From: an uncultured Desulfobulbaceae bacterium
GTDB taxonomy: Bacteria > Desulfobacterota > Desulfobulbia > Desulfobulbales > Desulfocapsaceae
Assembly (NCBI GenBank): GCA_903887485.1
Contig: CAISPV010000043.1
Location: 33,628 to 97,627, forward strand
DNA length: 64,000 bases
Reading direction: 5' to 3'
The translations under genes and the position numbers were made by a program. This document shows positions 8,841 through 20,500 of the stretch, piece after piece (within the stretch, counting starts at the first letter, position 1; each line of letters opens with the position of its first letter). Below the pieces are notes generated by a model. It had not been told where the DNA came from, searched no databases, and saw nothing but the letters and a program-made list of their open reading frames with translations.

Positions 8841-10148
8841 TTACCCCCGGCCCACTCCCACATATTCAAACCCTGCGGCCTGCATTCTCTGAGGGGAATA
8901 AACATTGCGCAGATCGATAAACAAGGGTGTCCGCATCAGAGACTTGAGCCGTTCAAGATCAAGCGCCCGGTACTGATTCCATTCGGTCATCAGCACCAGG
9001 GCATCGGCGCCAGTGGCTGCCTCGTAAACATTATTGACATAGGAGAATTCTGGGAATAATTTCTTCGCCTCTTCCATCCCCTGAGGATCATGGGCCTGAA
9101 TCCTTGCCCCTTTTTCATGCAACGGAGGCAGGATACTGAGGGCCGGGGCATCACGGAGATCGTCTGTCTCCGGCTTGAAGGTCAAGCCGAGAACCCCTAT
9201 GGTTTTGCCCGCCACATCGCCGCCCAGCGCTTGACGGATCTTTTTGACCATCCCTGCCTTCTGCGCCGCATTGATCTCGACCGCTGCCGCCACTGATCGT
9301 GCGGAAACACCATGTTCCTGAGCAATCCGTAAGAGTGCCAGGGTATCTTTTGGGAAACAGCTGCCGCCAAAGCCAGGGCCTGGGTGGAGGAATTTACCGC
9401 CGATACGGCCATCCAGGCCAATGGCCTTGGCCAGATCCACCACATCCGCCCCCACCTCTTCACAGAGACTGGCCATTTCATTGATAAAAGAGATCTTGAT
9501 GGAAAGAAAGGCGTTGGCCGCGTACTTGATGAGTTCAGCAGATTCAAGGCCGGTAAAGACAAAAGGAGTAGAGATAAGATACAGGGGATCATAGATCTCT
9601 TTCATCACGGCCTGGGCCTTTTCCGATTCAGAACCAATGACGATCCGGTCCGGCCGCATGAAATCATTGAGCGCAGCCCCTTCCCGTAAAAATTCAGGAT
9701 TGGAGACCACATCAAAGTCGGCGTCTGGATTTTCCTCCCTGATCAGGCGGGCGACCTGCCGGGCGGTGCCAACCGGCACGGTACTCTTATCAATAATAAC
9801 CGTATACCCAGTAAGATACGGAGCAAGTTCTTTGACCGCGGCATAAATATAGGTCAGATCCGCATAGCCGTCACCACGCCTTGAAGTTGGCGTACCCACC
9901 GCAATAAAGACAGCCGAGGCATTCGGGACACACTCTGTCAGTTCAGTGGTGAAGGCAAGACGGCCTTCACTCACATTCTTGCGCACCAATTCTGCCAGTC
10001 CCGGCTCGTAAATGGGAATCTTCCCTTCCAGCAAGGAGTTGATCTTCCCCGCATCCTTATCCATGCAGATAATATGATGGCCAAATTCTGCCAGACATGC
10101 GCCTGTCACCAGACCAACATACCCTGTTCCAATTATAGCGATTTTCAT
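8841..10148 (-). CDS. ugd: UDP-glucose 6-dehydrogenase
   Basis: 'MKIAIIGTGYVGLVTGACLA' NAD-binding N-terminus and the catalytic 'GGSCFPKD' motif. Length is 435 aa. Confidence 0.9.
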   Translation of the reverse strand: MKIAIIGTGYVGLVTGACLAEFGHHIICMDKDAGKINSLLEGKIPIYEPGLAELVRKNVSEGRLAFTTELTECVPNASAVFIAVGTPTSRRGDGYADLTYIYAAVKELAPYLTGYTVIIDKSTVPVGTARQVARLIREENPDADFDVVSNPEFLREGAALNDFMRPDRIVIGSESEKAQAVMKEIYDPLYLISTPFVFTGLESAELIKYAANAFLSIKISFINEMASLCEEVGADVVDLAKAIGLDGRIGGKFLHPGPGFGGSCFPKDTLALLRIAQEHGVSARSVAAAVEINAAQKAGMVKKIRQALGGDVAGKTIGVLGLTFKPETDDLRDAPALSILPPLHEKGARIQAHDPQGMEEAKKLFPEFSYVNNVYEAATGADALVLMTEWNQYRALDLERLKSLMRTPLFIDLRNVYSPQRMQAAGFEYVGVGRG

Positions 10149-10532
10149 AGAAGATTTATTTTATTCTTTTGGTGATTGATAAATACATCGCAAACAACAT
10201 CGTAATTTGACGGTCATTATGAATAAAATCAGCTACTCAGGCGGACAGTTGGCAGATGTTGAGTCTGTTCGTAATGTAAAATTACCGACGAGGCCCGCTC
10301 TCAACCTTAACTTCGACCATTTTATCAACCAACCTTAGCCTCGAAGCGCCTAACCATCCTTAATAATTAGCTTTTCACCCTAACAAACTCCAGTCCCACG
10401 ATCGAAACAAATGGAGTAATCACGCACAAACAAACAGTTAGTTGTCCAGCACGAAACGCCATCCTTGCAATAAATCGAATAATATGATAATAATTTCCAT
10501 TACAGTTTCAAACAAACCAAGGGAGAAACAAA

Positions 10533-10892
10533 ATGACATTACTTGAAGGATTTTTATGGCTAGCCCTGAACGTGTATCATGAAGCACGTTCTGAGCCACA
10601 GATCGGACAGATTGCCATTGCCCATGTGACCCTGAATCGGGCCCAGCAACAAGATATCTCCATTGAAGAGGTGATAAAGCAACCACACCAGTTTCAATGG
10701 GTCCGGGGAAAAACGTATTTTCCTAACAATTTGCCTGTTTTTCTTCAATGTATGCAGTCTGCATTCATTGCCCTGAACACCAGCGATTTTACTGCCGGCG
10801 CGACCCACTTTCATCTCAAAAACATATCTCCCAAGTGGTCGTCCCATCTAACCTATATTAATCAGTACGGCAGTCACAAGTTTTACAGATAA
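10533..10892 (+). CDS. Small cell-wall hydrolase (SleB/Hydrolase_2-like domain only)
   Basis: 'LALNVYHEARSEPQIGQIAIAHVTLNR' and 'GATHFH' match the SleB-type cell-wall hydrolase domain. Confidence 0.65.
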   Translation: MTLLEGFLWLALNVYHEARSEPQIGQIAIAHVTLNRAQQQDISIEEVIKQPHQFQWVRGKTYFPNNLPVFLQCMQSAFIALNTSDFTAGATHFHLKNISPKWSSHLTYINQYGSHKFYR

Positions 10893-10938
10893 TTGCTGGA
10901 ATTGTAAACTTTGCTGGTCTCGTAACAAGCCATCAACT

Positions 10939-12141
10939 TCAAGCCCTTGCCGCCTGATGCAGGGCCGCTCTCATCTCCGCCAGCCTCTCATCAGCCATCT
11001 TGACCGGAATTGGATAAACCAGAGTCCGACCGATCAATTCTGCAGAGACCGGTAGGGATTCCGGATCATAGATTACCCTTCTTTTTCCGCCCGGCTCAAG
11101 AAACGGCCAGCCGCTTTTGGTAACGGTTGACCCGGCCAACAGATGCTCCCACCGGGGATAAAAGTGCCAGGTGTTCTCACCAAAATTGATGGCGCCGGCC
11201 TTGTTTTCCCCCAGCACTTTGTTCACCCGCTGGCAATGTTCGCGGCTTTCCAGCGAAAAGCAGAAGAAGGTCGCGGAATCGCCCGCCTCATCAACAAGGT
11301 GTCGGAACTGGACACCTGGAATAGCAGAGGCAGCCTCTTTCAAAGCAGCCTTGGTCTTTTTCTGGGCCACAATCATGGAATCAAGCTTAGCAAGCTGGGC
11401 CAGACCGATAGCGCCCTGCAACTCCATCATCCGATAATTAAAACCGATAAAACGCCTGCCTTCTCCACCGCGGGTGCCTGGATTGACCACATGGTCATGG
11501 CCATGATCATGATACTCCGACATGGTTCGCCACATTTTTTCATCGGCGGTAATGATCATCCCCCCCTCGCCGGTGGTCATGGTCTTCACCGCGTCAAAGG
11601 AAAAGGTGCCGCAATCGCCAAAGGTGCCCAGATGCTGGCCGTTAATCCTGGCCCCAGCGGCCTGGGCCGTATCCTCAAGCACTGGAATCCCATGCCTTTT
11701 GGCAATGGCGACGATCTCCTGGATCCGGGCCTGGGCGCCCAGCATATGCACCGGAATAATACAACGGGTCTTGGCGGTGATCTTTTTTTCAAGATCGACC
11801 GGGTCCATATTCAGGGTTGCATCGATCTCCGTAAATACCGGAATAGCGCCGATATCAAGAATTGCCTCCCAGGTGGCGACAAAGGTAAACCCCTGGGTAA
11901 TAACCTCATCTCCCGGCCCCACACCGAGCGCGGCCAGGGCCACCTTCAGGGCCACAGTTCCGGAGGTCACGGCCTGACCATAGGAGGTTCCACAATAGGC
12001 GGCAAATTGTTTCTCAAATTCCAGCACCTTGTACACACCCTTGCGCTGCGCCCCAAACTCGTAGCGAAAGAGGACGCCGGTATCCAGGACATCCATAATC
12101 TCTTTCTTCTCTTCTGCACCAAAAATCTCATAACCAGGCAT
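10939..12141 (-). CDS. DegT/DnrJ/EryC1/StrS-family PLP-dependent sugar aminotransferase
   Basis: 'GQAVTSGTVALKVAL', 'IPVHMLG' and the PLP-lysine context 'FSFDAVKTMTTGEGG'. Length is 400 aa. Confidence 0.8.
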   Translation of the reverse strand: MPGYEIFGAEEKKEIMDVLDTGVLFRYEFGAQRKGVYKVLEFEKQFAAYCGTSYGQAVTSGTVALKVALAALGVGPGDEVITQGFTFVATWEAILDIGAIPVFTEIDATLNMDPVDLEKKITAKTRCIIPVHMLGAQARIQEIVAIAKRHGIPVLEDTAQAAGARINGQHLGTFGDCGTFSFDAVKTMTTGEGGMIITADEKMWRTMSEYHDHGHDHVVNPGTRGGEGRRFIGFNYRMMELQGAIGLAQLAKLDSMIVAQKKTKAALKEAASAIPGVQFRHLVDEAGDSATFFCFSLESREHCQRVNKVLGENKAGAINFGENTWHFYPRWEHLLAGSTVTKSGWPFLEPGGKRRVIYDPESLPVSAELIGRTLVYPIPVKMADERLAEMRAALHQAARA

Positions 12142-12177
12142 TAGCAGGCTCTCCTTAAAAAATAATTTAGATACCCT

Positions 12178-12540
12178 TTAGATGGCAAGCGTTTCCTTGA
12201 TGGCATTGCGCTCATCAAGAAGGACAATGGCAGGCTGATAATTGACGGCATCTTCCTCTGAAAAAAAACCATAGGTACAGATAATAACCATATCACCCAC
12301 CATGCCCTTGCGGGCCGCGGCGCCATTCAACCCGATCACTCCGGCTCCCGGCACGCCAACAATGGCATAGGTGTCAAACCGCTCACCATTATTAATATTG
12401 TAGATATGAACCCGTTCAAAGGGGACAATCCCCACGGCATCCATTAAATTTTTATCAATGGTCAGACTTCCCTCGTAACTCAAATCAGCTTCGGTGACGG
12501 TCGCCCGATGAAGCTTTGCCTTTAACATCTGTCGCAACAT
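12178..12540 (-). CDS. panD: Aspartate 1-decarboxylase
   Basis: 'MLKAKLHRATVTEADLSYEGSLTID' includes the self-processing G-S site. Length is 120 aa. Confidence 0.92.
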   Translation of the reverse strand: MLRQMLKAKLHRATVTEADLSYEGSLTIDKNLMDAVGIVPFERVHIYNINNGERFDTYAIVGVPGAGVIGLNGAAARKGMVGDMVIICTYGFFSEEDAVNYQPAIVLLDERNAIKETLAI

Positions 12541-12563
12541 GATTTTCTGTCTTCTTCCTATTT

Positions 12564-13421
12564 TTACAGATAAAATAACCTGGCGTTATCGATCAGACGC
12601 ACTCTCTCATGCACCTTTATCGCCATGATCAACCTGCTGTTTTCATTTACCGTTTCACAGCGCTCAAGGCTGTCGGCATCAACAATTTCCACATAGTCAA
12701 CAACACAGCCGGGAACCTGGCTGATATTTCTCTCAATCTCTGAACACAAGAGCGCGGCAGACAGGGGTTGAGCTGCACCCTTCACCTTTGCCCGGGCAAA
12801 AAGAATGGCCCGATAGAGACAAAGCGCCTGCCCCTTCTCACCTTCCGTCAAGTAACTGTTGCGCGAACTCATGGCCAGCCCGCTTGCCTCACGCACTGTC
12901 GGATGGCTGACAATCTGCACCGGCAGATCCAGATCACGGACCATGCGCCTGGTCACGGCCAGTTGCTGAAAATCTTTCTCCCCAAAAATCGCCTGATGAG
13001 GCTGGGTCTGCTGCAGCAGCTTCATGACCACCGTACAGACCCCATCAAAATGGCCGGGCCGACTGGCCCCGCACAACCCCCGGCCAAGCTCCGCCACATG
13101 AATGGTGGTTTGGAACCCGGCAGGATACATATCCGTTGCCGACGGGGCGTAGAGGACATCAACCCCAACGCCAGCGGCAAGTTCACTGTCTCGTTGCAGA
13201 TCTCGCGGATAGGCGGCAAGATCTTCACCAGGGCCAAACTGAATGGGATTGACGAAGAGGCTGACCACTACCCGGTCGGCGCTCTGTCTGGCCCGCCGCA
13301 TCAAGGCCAGATGGCCGGCATGAAACCAGCCCATAGTCGGCACCAGGGCAATCTTTAATCCCTGCCCCCGCCAACCGGCAGCAAGGGCAGCAATCTCCGC
13401 CGGATCCTGAACCAGTTTCAC
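12564..13421 (-). CDS. panC: Pantoate--beta-alanine ligase
   Basis: 'ALVPTMGWFHAGHLALM' is the HxGH-type motif. Length is 285 aa. The GTG start overlaps the upstream stop (GTGA). Confidence 0.9.
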   Translation of the reverse strand: MKLVQDPAEIAALAAGWRGQGLKIALVPTMGWFHAGHLALMRRARQSADRVVVSLFVNPIQFGPGEDLAAYPRDLQRDSELAAGVGVDVLYAPSATDMYPAGFQTTIHVAELGRGLCGASRPGHFDGVCTVVMKLLQQTQPHQAIFGEKDFQQLAVTRRMVRDLDLPVQIVSHPTVREASGLAMSSRNSYLTEGEKGQALCLYRAILFARAKVKGAAQPLSAALLCSEIERNISQVPGCVVDYVEIVDADSLERCETVNENSRLIMAIKVHERVRLIDNARLFYL

Positions 13422-14113
13422 TGCATGGCCTTGAGCCTGATTATTTTCTCATCAACAGCTATCTTGGCAGGATCTTTCTGATTCTGACCGGTAAAGGTCG
13501 CCACATATTCTTCATACACCGCCAGGGCCTCTTTTCCTTTTCCTTGAAACTCATAGATTCTGGCCAGTCCGGTAAACCCTTCTCCGGCATAACCATCAAT
13601 CTTCTGCAAGGCTTTATACTCAAGGATCGCGGCATCAAAAAGGCCGGCGGCCTCATTGGCCTGGGCCAGACCAAAGGTCAGCAGGGCGTACAGGGGATCA
13701 GCAGCGTTTATGCTTTTTCGCACCATTCCGTATTGCGCGGCAGCCTCTTTGAACTTGCCCTCTTTCATCAACTCATGGGCAATCTCAGCACTCGCCCAGT
13801 GCGCCGAAGGAGTCCCGGAAAATTCAGCGGCCACGCCGACAAGGGCCTTATGCCTTTCCGGCTCAACCGCTTGCATGGCAAATGCCAGCGCTGCCGACGC
13901 CTTCTGGATCCGGTTTGACCGATACGAACTGTACGAGACCAGACCAATAACCACCACACTCACAACAACGGCCCCGATCTGCAGATTCTTTTGATTCCTC
14001 TTAACAAACCGGATAACCACAGGGGGCAGATTCAAATGCTCAAGTAAACCACTACCTGCGCTATGGGGAATCTCCTGAATATGCCGTTTATCAAAGGCGC
14101 TCTGTTCTGTCAT
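13418..14113 (-). CDS. Membrane-anchored TPR-like protein (YfgM-like architecture)
   Basis: One N-terminal TM helix ('IGAVVVSVVVIGLVSY') followed by Ala-rich helical repeats. It is translationally coupled to panC. Confidence 0.5.
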   Translation of the reverse strand: MTEQSAFDKRHIQEIPHSAGSGLLEHLNLPPVVIRFVKRNQKNLQIGAVVVSVVVIGLVSYSSYRSNRIQKASAALAFAMQAVEPERHKALVGVAAEFSGTPSAHWASAEIAHELMKEGKFKEAAAQYGMVRKSINAADPLYALLTFGLAQANEAAGLFDAAILEYKALQKIDGYAGEGFTGLARIYEFQGKGKEALAVYEEYVATFTGQNQKDPAKIAVDEKIIRLKAMQ

Positions 14114-14228
14114 ACCATCCTCCTTTTGCTTTTTGCTTTACCTTTCTATGCAAACATTTTAGGCTCTTGTTTCTCTATAGAAACTTTTCTATTTACCCGA
14201 TAGCGTGCGTCATGTCCATTCCCAAACC

Positions 14229-14257
14229 ATGATAAGCTGGTAAAAAGTGCGTATAAT
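14229..14257 (+). promoter_or_regulatory. Putative sigma70-type promoter for hsdM (perfect -10 TATAAT, weak -35)
   Basis: TATAAT at 14252-14257, preceded by TGcg. ATGATA lies 17 bp upstream. The -10 lies about 24 bp before the hsdM ATG. Confidence 0.3.
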
Positions 14258-14280
14258 AACCAACACGAAACTCATAAAAC

Positions 14281-15837
14281 ATGATCGAGGACATTAAGAA
14301 AACACTGTGGGCCACTGCCGACAAGCTGCGTGCCAACATGGACGCTGCCGAATACAAGCATATCGTGCTTGGCCTCATCTTCGTCAAATACATCTCCGAC
14401 ACCTTTCAAACCCGCCGTGATGAGCTGACGCGGCGTTTTGCCGATAAGGATGACGACTACTTCCTGCCTGACGCCGATGCGGCCCTGCTGGCGACAGAGC
14501 TGGAAGATCGCGACTACTACCGGGAAGTCAATGTCTTCTGGGTGCCGGAAGCAGCGCGCTGGGAAAACCTGCGAGCCCAGGCCAAGCAGCCTGACATCGG
14601 CAAGCGCATCGACGATGCCCTGACCCTGATCGAGACCGAAAACCCCAAGCTCAAAGGCATCCTCGACAAACGCTATGCTCGCGTTCAGCTTCCCGACGGC
14701 AAGCTGGGCGAGCTGGTGGATATGGTCTCCACCATCGGTTTTGGCACCACCGGACAGAGCGCCCGCGACCTGTTGGGCCAGGTCTATGAATACTTTCTCG
14801 GTCAGTTCGCCAGCGCCGAAGGCAAACGCGGCGGCCAGTTTTATACTCCCAGAAGTATCGTTAAGACTCTGGTAGCAATCCTTGCGCCGCATCATGGAAA
14901 GGTTGATGACCCGTGCTGCGGCTCGGGCGGCATGTTTGTGCAATCGGAAAAATTCATCGAAGCGCACGGTGGCAAGATCGGCGATGTCTCCATCTACGGT
15001 CAGGAATCCAACCCTACCACCTGGCGTCTGGCAGCGATGAACCTCGCCATTCGCGGTATCGACTTCAACCTGGGCAGAGAACCTGCCGACACCTTTACCC
15101 GCAATCAGCACCCCGACCAGCGTTTTGACTTCACCATGGCCAACCCGCCCTTCAACATCTCCGACTGGTGGCACGCCAGCCTCGAAGGCGACCCGCGCTG
15201 GGTGTATGGCACGCCACCGCAAGGCAACGCCAACTACGCCTGGCTGCAACATATTTTGTACCATCTAAAGCCTACGGGCAGGGGCGGTATCGTTCTGGCC
15301 AACGGCTCCATGTCCTCCAGCCAGAACTCCGAGGGAGACATCCGCCGGGCCATGGTCGAGGCCGACAAGGTGGAAGTGATGGTGGCCATGCCCGGCCAAC
15401 TGTTCTTTAACACCCAGATCCCCGCCTGCCTCTGGTTTCTCGTCAAACAGAAGAGCAGCCGCCAGGGAGAGGTGCTGTTCATCGATGCCCGCAAACTCGG
15501 CACTATGATCAGCCGGGTGCAGATCGAGTTTACCGATGACGATATTCAGCGCATCGCCGACACCGTGCATGCCTGGCGTGGCGATGATGAAACCGATGCC
15601 GACTATGCCGACGTGGCCGGATTCTGCCGGAGTGTGACGCTGGCCGAGATTGCCGAACATGGCCATGTCCTGACACCGGGGCGCTATGTCGGTGCGGAGG
15701 CGGTGGAGGATGATGCCGAAGCCTTTGCCGAGAAGATGCAGCGGCTCACCGAGACGCTGGGTGAACAGATGGCCAAGGGTGCGGAACTGGACGGGCTGAT
15801 CCGGCAGAAGCTGGGAGGGCTGGGGTATGAGTTCTGA
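14281..15837 (+). CDS. hsdM: Type I restriction-modification system, DNA methyltransferase subunit
   Basis: HsdM N-terminal domain '[32 protein letters not shown]', SAM motif '[10 protein letters not shown]' and catalytic 'ANPPFN'. Confidence 0.93.
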   Translation: MIEDIKKTLWATADKLRANMDAAEYKHIVLGLIFVKYISDTFQTRRDELTRRFADKDDDYFLPDADAALLATELEDRDYYREVNVFWVPEAARWENLRAQAKQPDIGKRIDDALTLIETENPKLKGILDKRYARVQLPDGKLGELVDMVSTIGFGTTGQSARDLLGQVYEYFLGQFASAEGKRGGQFYTPRSIVKTLVAILAPHHGKVDDPCCGSGGMFVQSEKFIEAHGGKIGDVSIYGQESNPTTWRLAAMNLAIRGIDFNLGREPADTFTRNQHPDQRFDFTMANPPFNISDWWHASLEGDPRWVYGTPPQGNANYAWLQHILYHLKPTGRGGIVLANGSMSSSQNSEGDIRRAMVEADKVEVMVAMPGQLFFNTQIPACLWFLVKQKSSRQGEVLFIDARKLGTMISRVQIEFTDDDIQRIADTVHAWRGDDETDADYADVAGFCRSVTLAEIAEHGHVLTPGRYVGAEAVEDDAEAFAEKMQRLTETLGEQMAKGAELDGLIRQKLGGLGYEF

Positions 15838-17203
15838 TTGGCCACTTAAAGAGCTTGTGCTGATAGCTGATGAAGTTACAGTTGGCTATGTAGGGCCGAT
15901 GGCTACAGAGTATGTTGAATCCGGCATCCCATTCTTGCGTTCTCTGAACATTGATCAATTCAACATAAACAGTAACGACCTAAAATATGTAACGCCCGAA
16001 TTTCACCATCGCATAAAGAAATCGTCGCTTCATCCCGGTGATGTTGCGATTGTTCGTACTGGCAAGCCTGGTACGTGTGCGGTTATCCCTGATTGGTTAC
16101 AGGAAGCAAACTGTTCCGATTTGGTTATTGTCCGGTGTGGCAGAGAAATACGTCCACACTTTCTCTGTTATTGGGTTAACTCAAAAGCGACACATCACAT
16201 TGAATCACATACAGTAGGCGCAGTTCAGCAGCACTTCAACGTTGGCGCGGCGAAAACGATGAAAGTGGCAGTGCCATCCTTGCACAAGCAAGACCAAGTG
16301 CTTGAATTGCTCAGAGGTCTTGACGACCGCATCACCCTCCTCCGCGAAACCAACACCACACTCGAAGCCATCGCCCAAGCCCTGTTCAAATCGTGGTTCG
16401 TGGACTTCGACCCCGTCCGCGCCAAACAGGAAGGTCGCGAACCGGAAGGCATGGACGCCGACACCGCCGCGCTCTTCCCTGACAGCTTCGAGGAATCGGA
16501 ACTGGGGTTGGTGCCGAAGGGGTGGCACATAGGGTCTATTGGCCAAATTGCTGAGGTTATAGACTGCTTGCATAGTAAAAAACCTGAGCTTATTTCTGAA
16601 GGATGGCCATTTCTTCAACTCAGTAATATTCGTGATGACGGGCTATTAGACGCTTCCAATGTTTCCTACATTACTGAGGCAGATTACAGGAAATGGATCT
16701 CTCGGATTGAAGTTTCAGAAGGTGATTGTGTTATCACAAATGTTGGTCGAGTAGGTGCAGTTGCACAAATACCTTCAGGATTTAAAGCAGCCATGGGACG
16801 TAATATGACTGCGATGAGACTTAAACACGATTGGCCATACCCAACATATCTGATTGAACTGCTTCAGTCTTCATGGATGCGTACAGAAATAAAAAGAAGA
16901 ACAGATGTTGGCACTATTCTGGACGCACTTAATGTGCGCAATATTCCTGAACTGCGGTGCGTTCTGGCACCAAGTGATGTGATGAGAAATTTTGAGTTAT
17001 CCAGTCGTCCATTACGCGCGTCGATGGAAGCAAATTTGGAGCGAGCCAACAATCTCGCCACCCTTCGCGACACCCTGCTCCCCCGCCTGATCTCCGGCCA
17101 GTTGCGCCTGCCGGATGCTGAGGCGATGGACGATGAAGTTCTCATCCAGTCTGTAAAGGATCGCCTGGAAGAACGTAGCATCAAGGTGTCCCTTGAGTTA
17201 TGA
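15827..17203 (+). CDS. hsdS: Type I restriction-modification system, specificity subunit
   Basis: It overlaps the hsdM stop by 11 nt. Two AT-rich target-recognition modules are separated by GC-rich conserved helices ('[32 protein letters not shown]', '[21 protein letters not shown]'). Confidence 0.9.
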   Translation: MSSDWPLKELVLIADEVTVGYVGPMATEYVESGIPFLRSLNIDQFNINSNDLKYVTPEFHHRIKKSSLHPGDVAIVRTGKPGTCAVIPDWLQEANCSDLVIVRCGREIRPHFLCYWVNSKATHHIESHTVGAVQQHFNVGAAKTMKVAVPSLHKQDQVLELLRGLDDRITLLRETNTTLEAIAQALFKSWFVDFDPVRAKQEGREPEGMDADTAALFPDSFEESELGLVPKGWHIGSIGQIAEVIDCLHSKKPELISEGWPFLQLSNIRDDGLLDASNVSYITEADYRKWISRIEVSEGDCVITNVGRVGAVAQIPSGFKAAMGRNMTAMRLKHDWPYPTYLIELLQSSWMRTEIKRRTDVGTILDALNVRNIPELRCVLAPSDVMRNFELSSRPLRASMEANLERANNLATLRDTLLPRLISGQLRLPDAEAMDDEVLIQSVKDRLEERSIKVSLEL

Positions 17204-17221
17204 AAACGTAAAAGAGATTGT

Positions 17222-17324
17222 GTAGGGGCGACGCCGTTGGCTCGCCCAATTTTGTCTTTGATCTGTCTGTAAATTGCAACTGGTCATCTATTGCAACGGG
17301 GCGACCATCCGGGATCGCCCCTAC
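17222..17324. repeat. MITE-like palindromic element (GGGCGAC-core family) in the hsdS-hsdR spacer
   Basis: Terminal inverted repeat GTAGGGGCGA (17222-17231) / TCGCCCCTAC (17315-17324). Each end forms its own hairpin (GGGCGA..TCGCCC and GGGGCGA..TCGCCCC). There is an internal direct repeat ATTGCAAC x2. Confidence 0.75.
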
Positions 17325-17501
17325 GGAAAACGTTCCATCAATATGGCAACTGCCGAGGATTTCTCGGTAGTTCAATAAGAAAAGACTGATAGAGAAAAGA
17401 ACATTTGCCTTGTATTTTTAAACTGAAATCAATCAAATTGCCTTGTAATTTTAAATTCAGAACCATTTTCAGTAGTCCCATACTCCAATACCGGAGAAAC
17501 C

Positions 17502-20500
17502 ATGACCGAAGACCAACTCGAACAGGAAGCCTTGGGCTGGCTGCATGACGTCGGCTACCTCCATTGCTACGGCCTGGACATTGCGCCGGATGGCCCCGTC
17601 CCTGAACGCAGCAACTACAGCCAAGTGCTGTTGGTTGGCCGACTGCGCGAGGCAATCACCCGGCTGAATCCCTTAGTGCCGTTGGTGGCTCGGGAGGATG
17701 CCCTGCAACAGGTGTTGAATCTGGACACTCCGGTGCTCTTGGCTGCCAATCGCGCCTTCCATCAGCTCTTGGTCAATGGCGTGCCGGTCGAGTATCAGAA
17801 GGATGGCGAGACCCGTGGTGACTTCGTGCGGCTCATCGACTTTGCCGAGGTCGGGGCTAATGAGTGGTTGGCGGTGAACCAGTTTTCGATCAAGGGAGCC
17901 AAACACACCCGCCGCCCGGACATCATCCTGTTCATCAACGGTCTGCCGCTGGTTTTGCTGGAACTGAAGAACCCGGCGGACGAGAAGGCGGACATCTGGA
18001 AGGCCTACGACCAGATCCAGACCTACAAAGAGCAGATACCGGATGTGTTCCAGTACAACGAGGTACTGGTGATCTCGGACGGCACCGAGGCGCGCATGGG
18101 GTCGCTCTCTGCCGATGTCGAACGCTTTATGGCCTGGCGCACCATTGACGGCGAGACCCTTGACCCCCTCGGCCACTTTAATGAACTGGAGACCTTGGTG
18201 CGTGGGGTATTGGCCCCGGCTTTCCTGCTCGATTTCCTGCGCTTTTTTGTGCTGTTTGAGGATGATGGCACCTTGATCAAGAAGATCGCGGGCTATCACC
18301 AGTTCCATGCGGTACGTTCCGCCATCGGTCATGTAATCACGGCATCCCGACCAGGCGGCAATCAAAAAGGTGGTGTGGTCTGGCACACCCAGGGTTCTGG
18401 CAAGAGTATCACTATGACCTGTTTTGCGGCTCGGGTGATGCGCGAAGCGGCGATGGAGAATCCGACCATCGTGGTTATTACCGACCGCAACGACCTGGAC
18501 GGGCAACTGTTCGGGGTGTTCTCACTTTCCCAAGACCTGTTGCGCGAGCAGCCGGTACAAGGGGAAACGCGGCAGGACTTGCGGGCCAAGCTCGCCAACC
18601 GGCCATCGGGCGGCATTATCTTTGCCACCATCCAGAAGTTCATGCCGGGTGAGGACGAAGACAGCTTCCCGGTTCTGTCCGACCGCCACAACATCGTGGT
18701 AATCGCCGATGAGGCACACCGCACCCAGTACGGATTTGAAGCCAAACTGAAAACTATCCGCCGTTCTCGTTCGCCGATACAAGCCTTCGGGGACAAGCTT
18801 TATCAGAATGACGAGATGTTGATGGCTGCTGAAGATCCGGCCCGTTATGTAACACGCTATCAAGTCGGTTACGCCCAGCATCTGCGCGATGCGTTGCCTA
18901 ATGCAACCTTTGTCGCCTTTACCGGCACCCCGGTCTCCTCCGAAGACCGCGACACCCGTGCCGTGTTTGGCGATTACATCAGTATCTACGACATGCAGCA
19001 GTCCCGCGATGACGGGGCAACCGTGGCGATCTATTTCGAATCGCGCCTGGCCAAGCTGGGCCTGAAGGCTGATATGCTGGCGGACATCGACGCCGAAGTG
19101 GACGAACTGGCGGAAGATGAAGAAGACGATCAGCAGGCCAGGCTCAAGAGCAAATGGGCGGCGCTGGAAAAGGTAGTCGGTGCCGAACCGCGTATCAAAC
19201 AGGTGGCGGTTGATCTGGTGGCCCACTTTGAAGAACGTAATCAGGCCCAAACCGGCAAGGCAATGGTAGTCGCGATGAGCCGCGACATCTGCGCCCATCT
19301 CTACAACGCCATCATCGCCCTGCGCCCGGAGTGGCACGACGAAGACCCGGAAAAAGGCGTGATCAAGGTGGTGATGACCGGCTCCGCCAGCGACAAGCCG
19401 TTGCTGCGACCGCATATTTATTCCAAGCAGGTCAAGAAGCGGTTGGAAAAACGCTTCAAAGACCCAAACGATCCCATGCGCATGGTGATCGTGCGCGATA
19501 TGTGGCTCACCGGTTTCGATGCCCCTTGTGTGCATACGATGTATGTGGACAAACCGATGAAGGGGCACAACCTGATGCAGGCCATCGCCCGCGTCAACCG
19601 CGTGTTTCGCGACAAACAGGGCGGGCTGGTGGTCGATTACATCGGCATTGCCAATGACCTGAAAGAGGCGCTCAAGGAATACACCGCCAGTAAAGGTCGT
19701 GGCCGCCCGACCGTCGATGCCCACGAAGTATTTGCGGTGCTGGAAGAGAAACTCGATGTGCTGCGCGCCATGCTGCACGACTTTGACTACAGCGGCTTTC
19801 TCACCGGTGGCCACGGTCTGCTGGCCAAAACGGCAAACCATGTGTTGGGATTAAAGGATGGCAAGAAGCGGTTCGGCGATACCGCGCTGGCGATGGCACG
19901 AGCCTTTACGCTCTGCTGTACTCTGGATGAAGCCAGGGCCGTGCGTGAAGAAGTGGCCTTCTTCCAGGCGGTGAAGGTGCTGCTGACCAAAAGAGAGAGC
20001 AGCAAAATAAAGCTCAAGGATGAAGAGCGCGAAATGGCAATCCGCCAGATCATCGGCTCGGCCCTGGTCTCGGATGAAGTGGTGGATATTTTTCAGGCGG
20101 TGGGGCTGGAGAAACCGAATATCGGCATCCTGGATGAAGCTTTTTTAAATGAAGTATGCAACCTGCCGGAACGCAATCTGGCGGTGGAGCTCTTGGAGCG
20201 CCTGCTGGAAGGCGAGATCAAGACGCGCTTTGCCACCAACGTGGTGCAGCAGAACAAATTTTCGGAATTGCTCGCGGGCGTCATCTTGCGCTACCAGAAC
20301 CGGGCCATCGAAACCGCGCAGGTGATGGAAGAACTCATTGCCATGGCCAAGAAATTCAAGGAAGCCATTGGCCGGGGTGAAGAACTCGGCCTTAATGCTG
20401 ATGAGCTGGCCTTCTATGATGCACTGGCCAACAACGAAGAGGCTGTGCGCGAGATGGGCGACGAGATCCTGAAGAAAATCGCCCACGAATTGGCGCAAAA

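Noticed and set aside
14272-15264. A 330-aa ORF antisense to hsdM. Similar long antisense ORFs occur at 18522-19841 (hsdR), 17673-18506, 11143-12144 (DegT), 27910-29073 (mutL), 34389-35171, 44048-44788, 26192-26926 and 51726-52388.
   Set aside because: Each lies opposite a gene with clear family motifs. Their translations are Gly/Arg/His/Pro/Gln-rich with no recognisable motifs, as expected for stop-poor antisense frames in GC-rich coding DNA.
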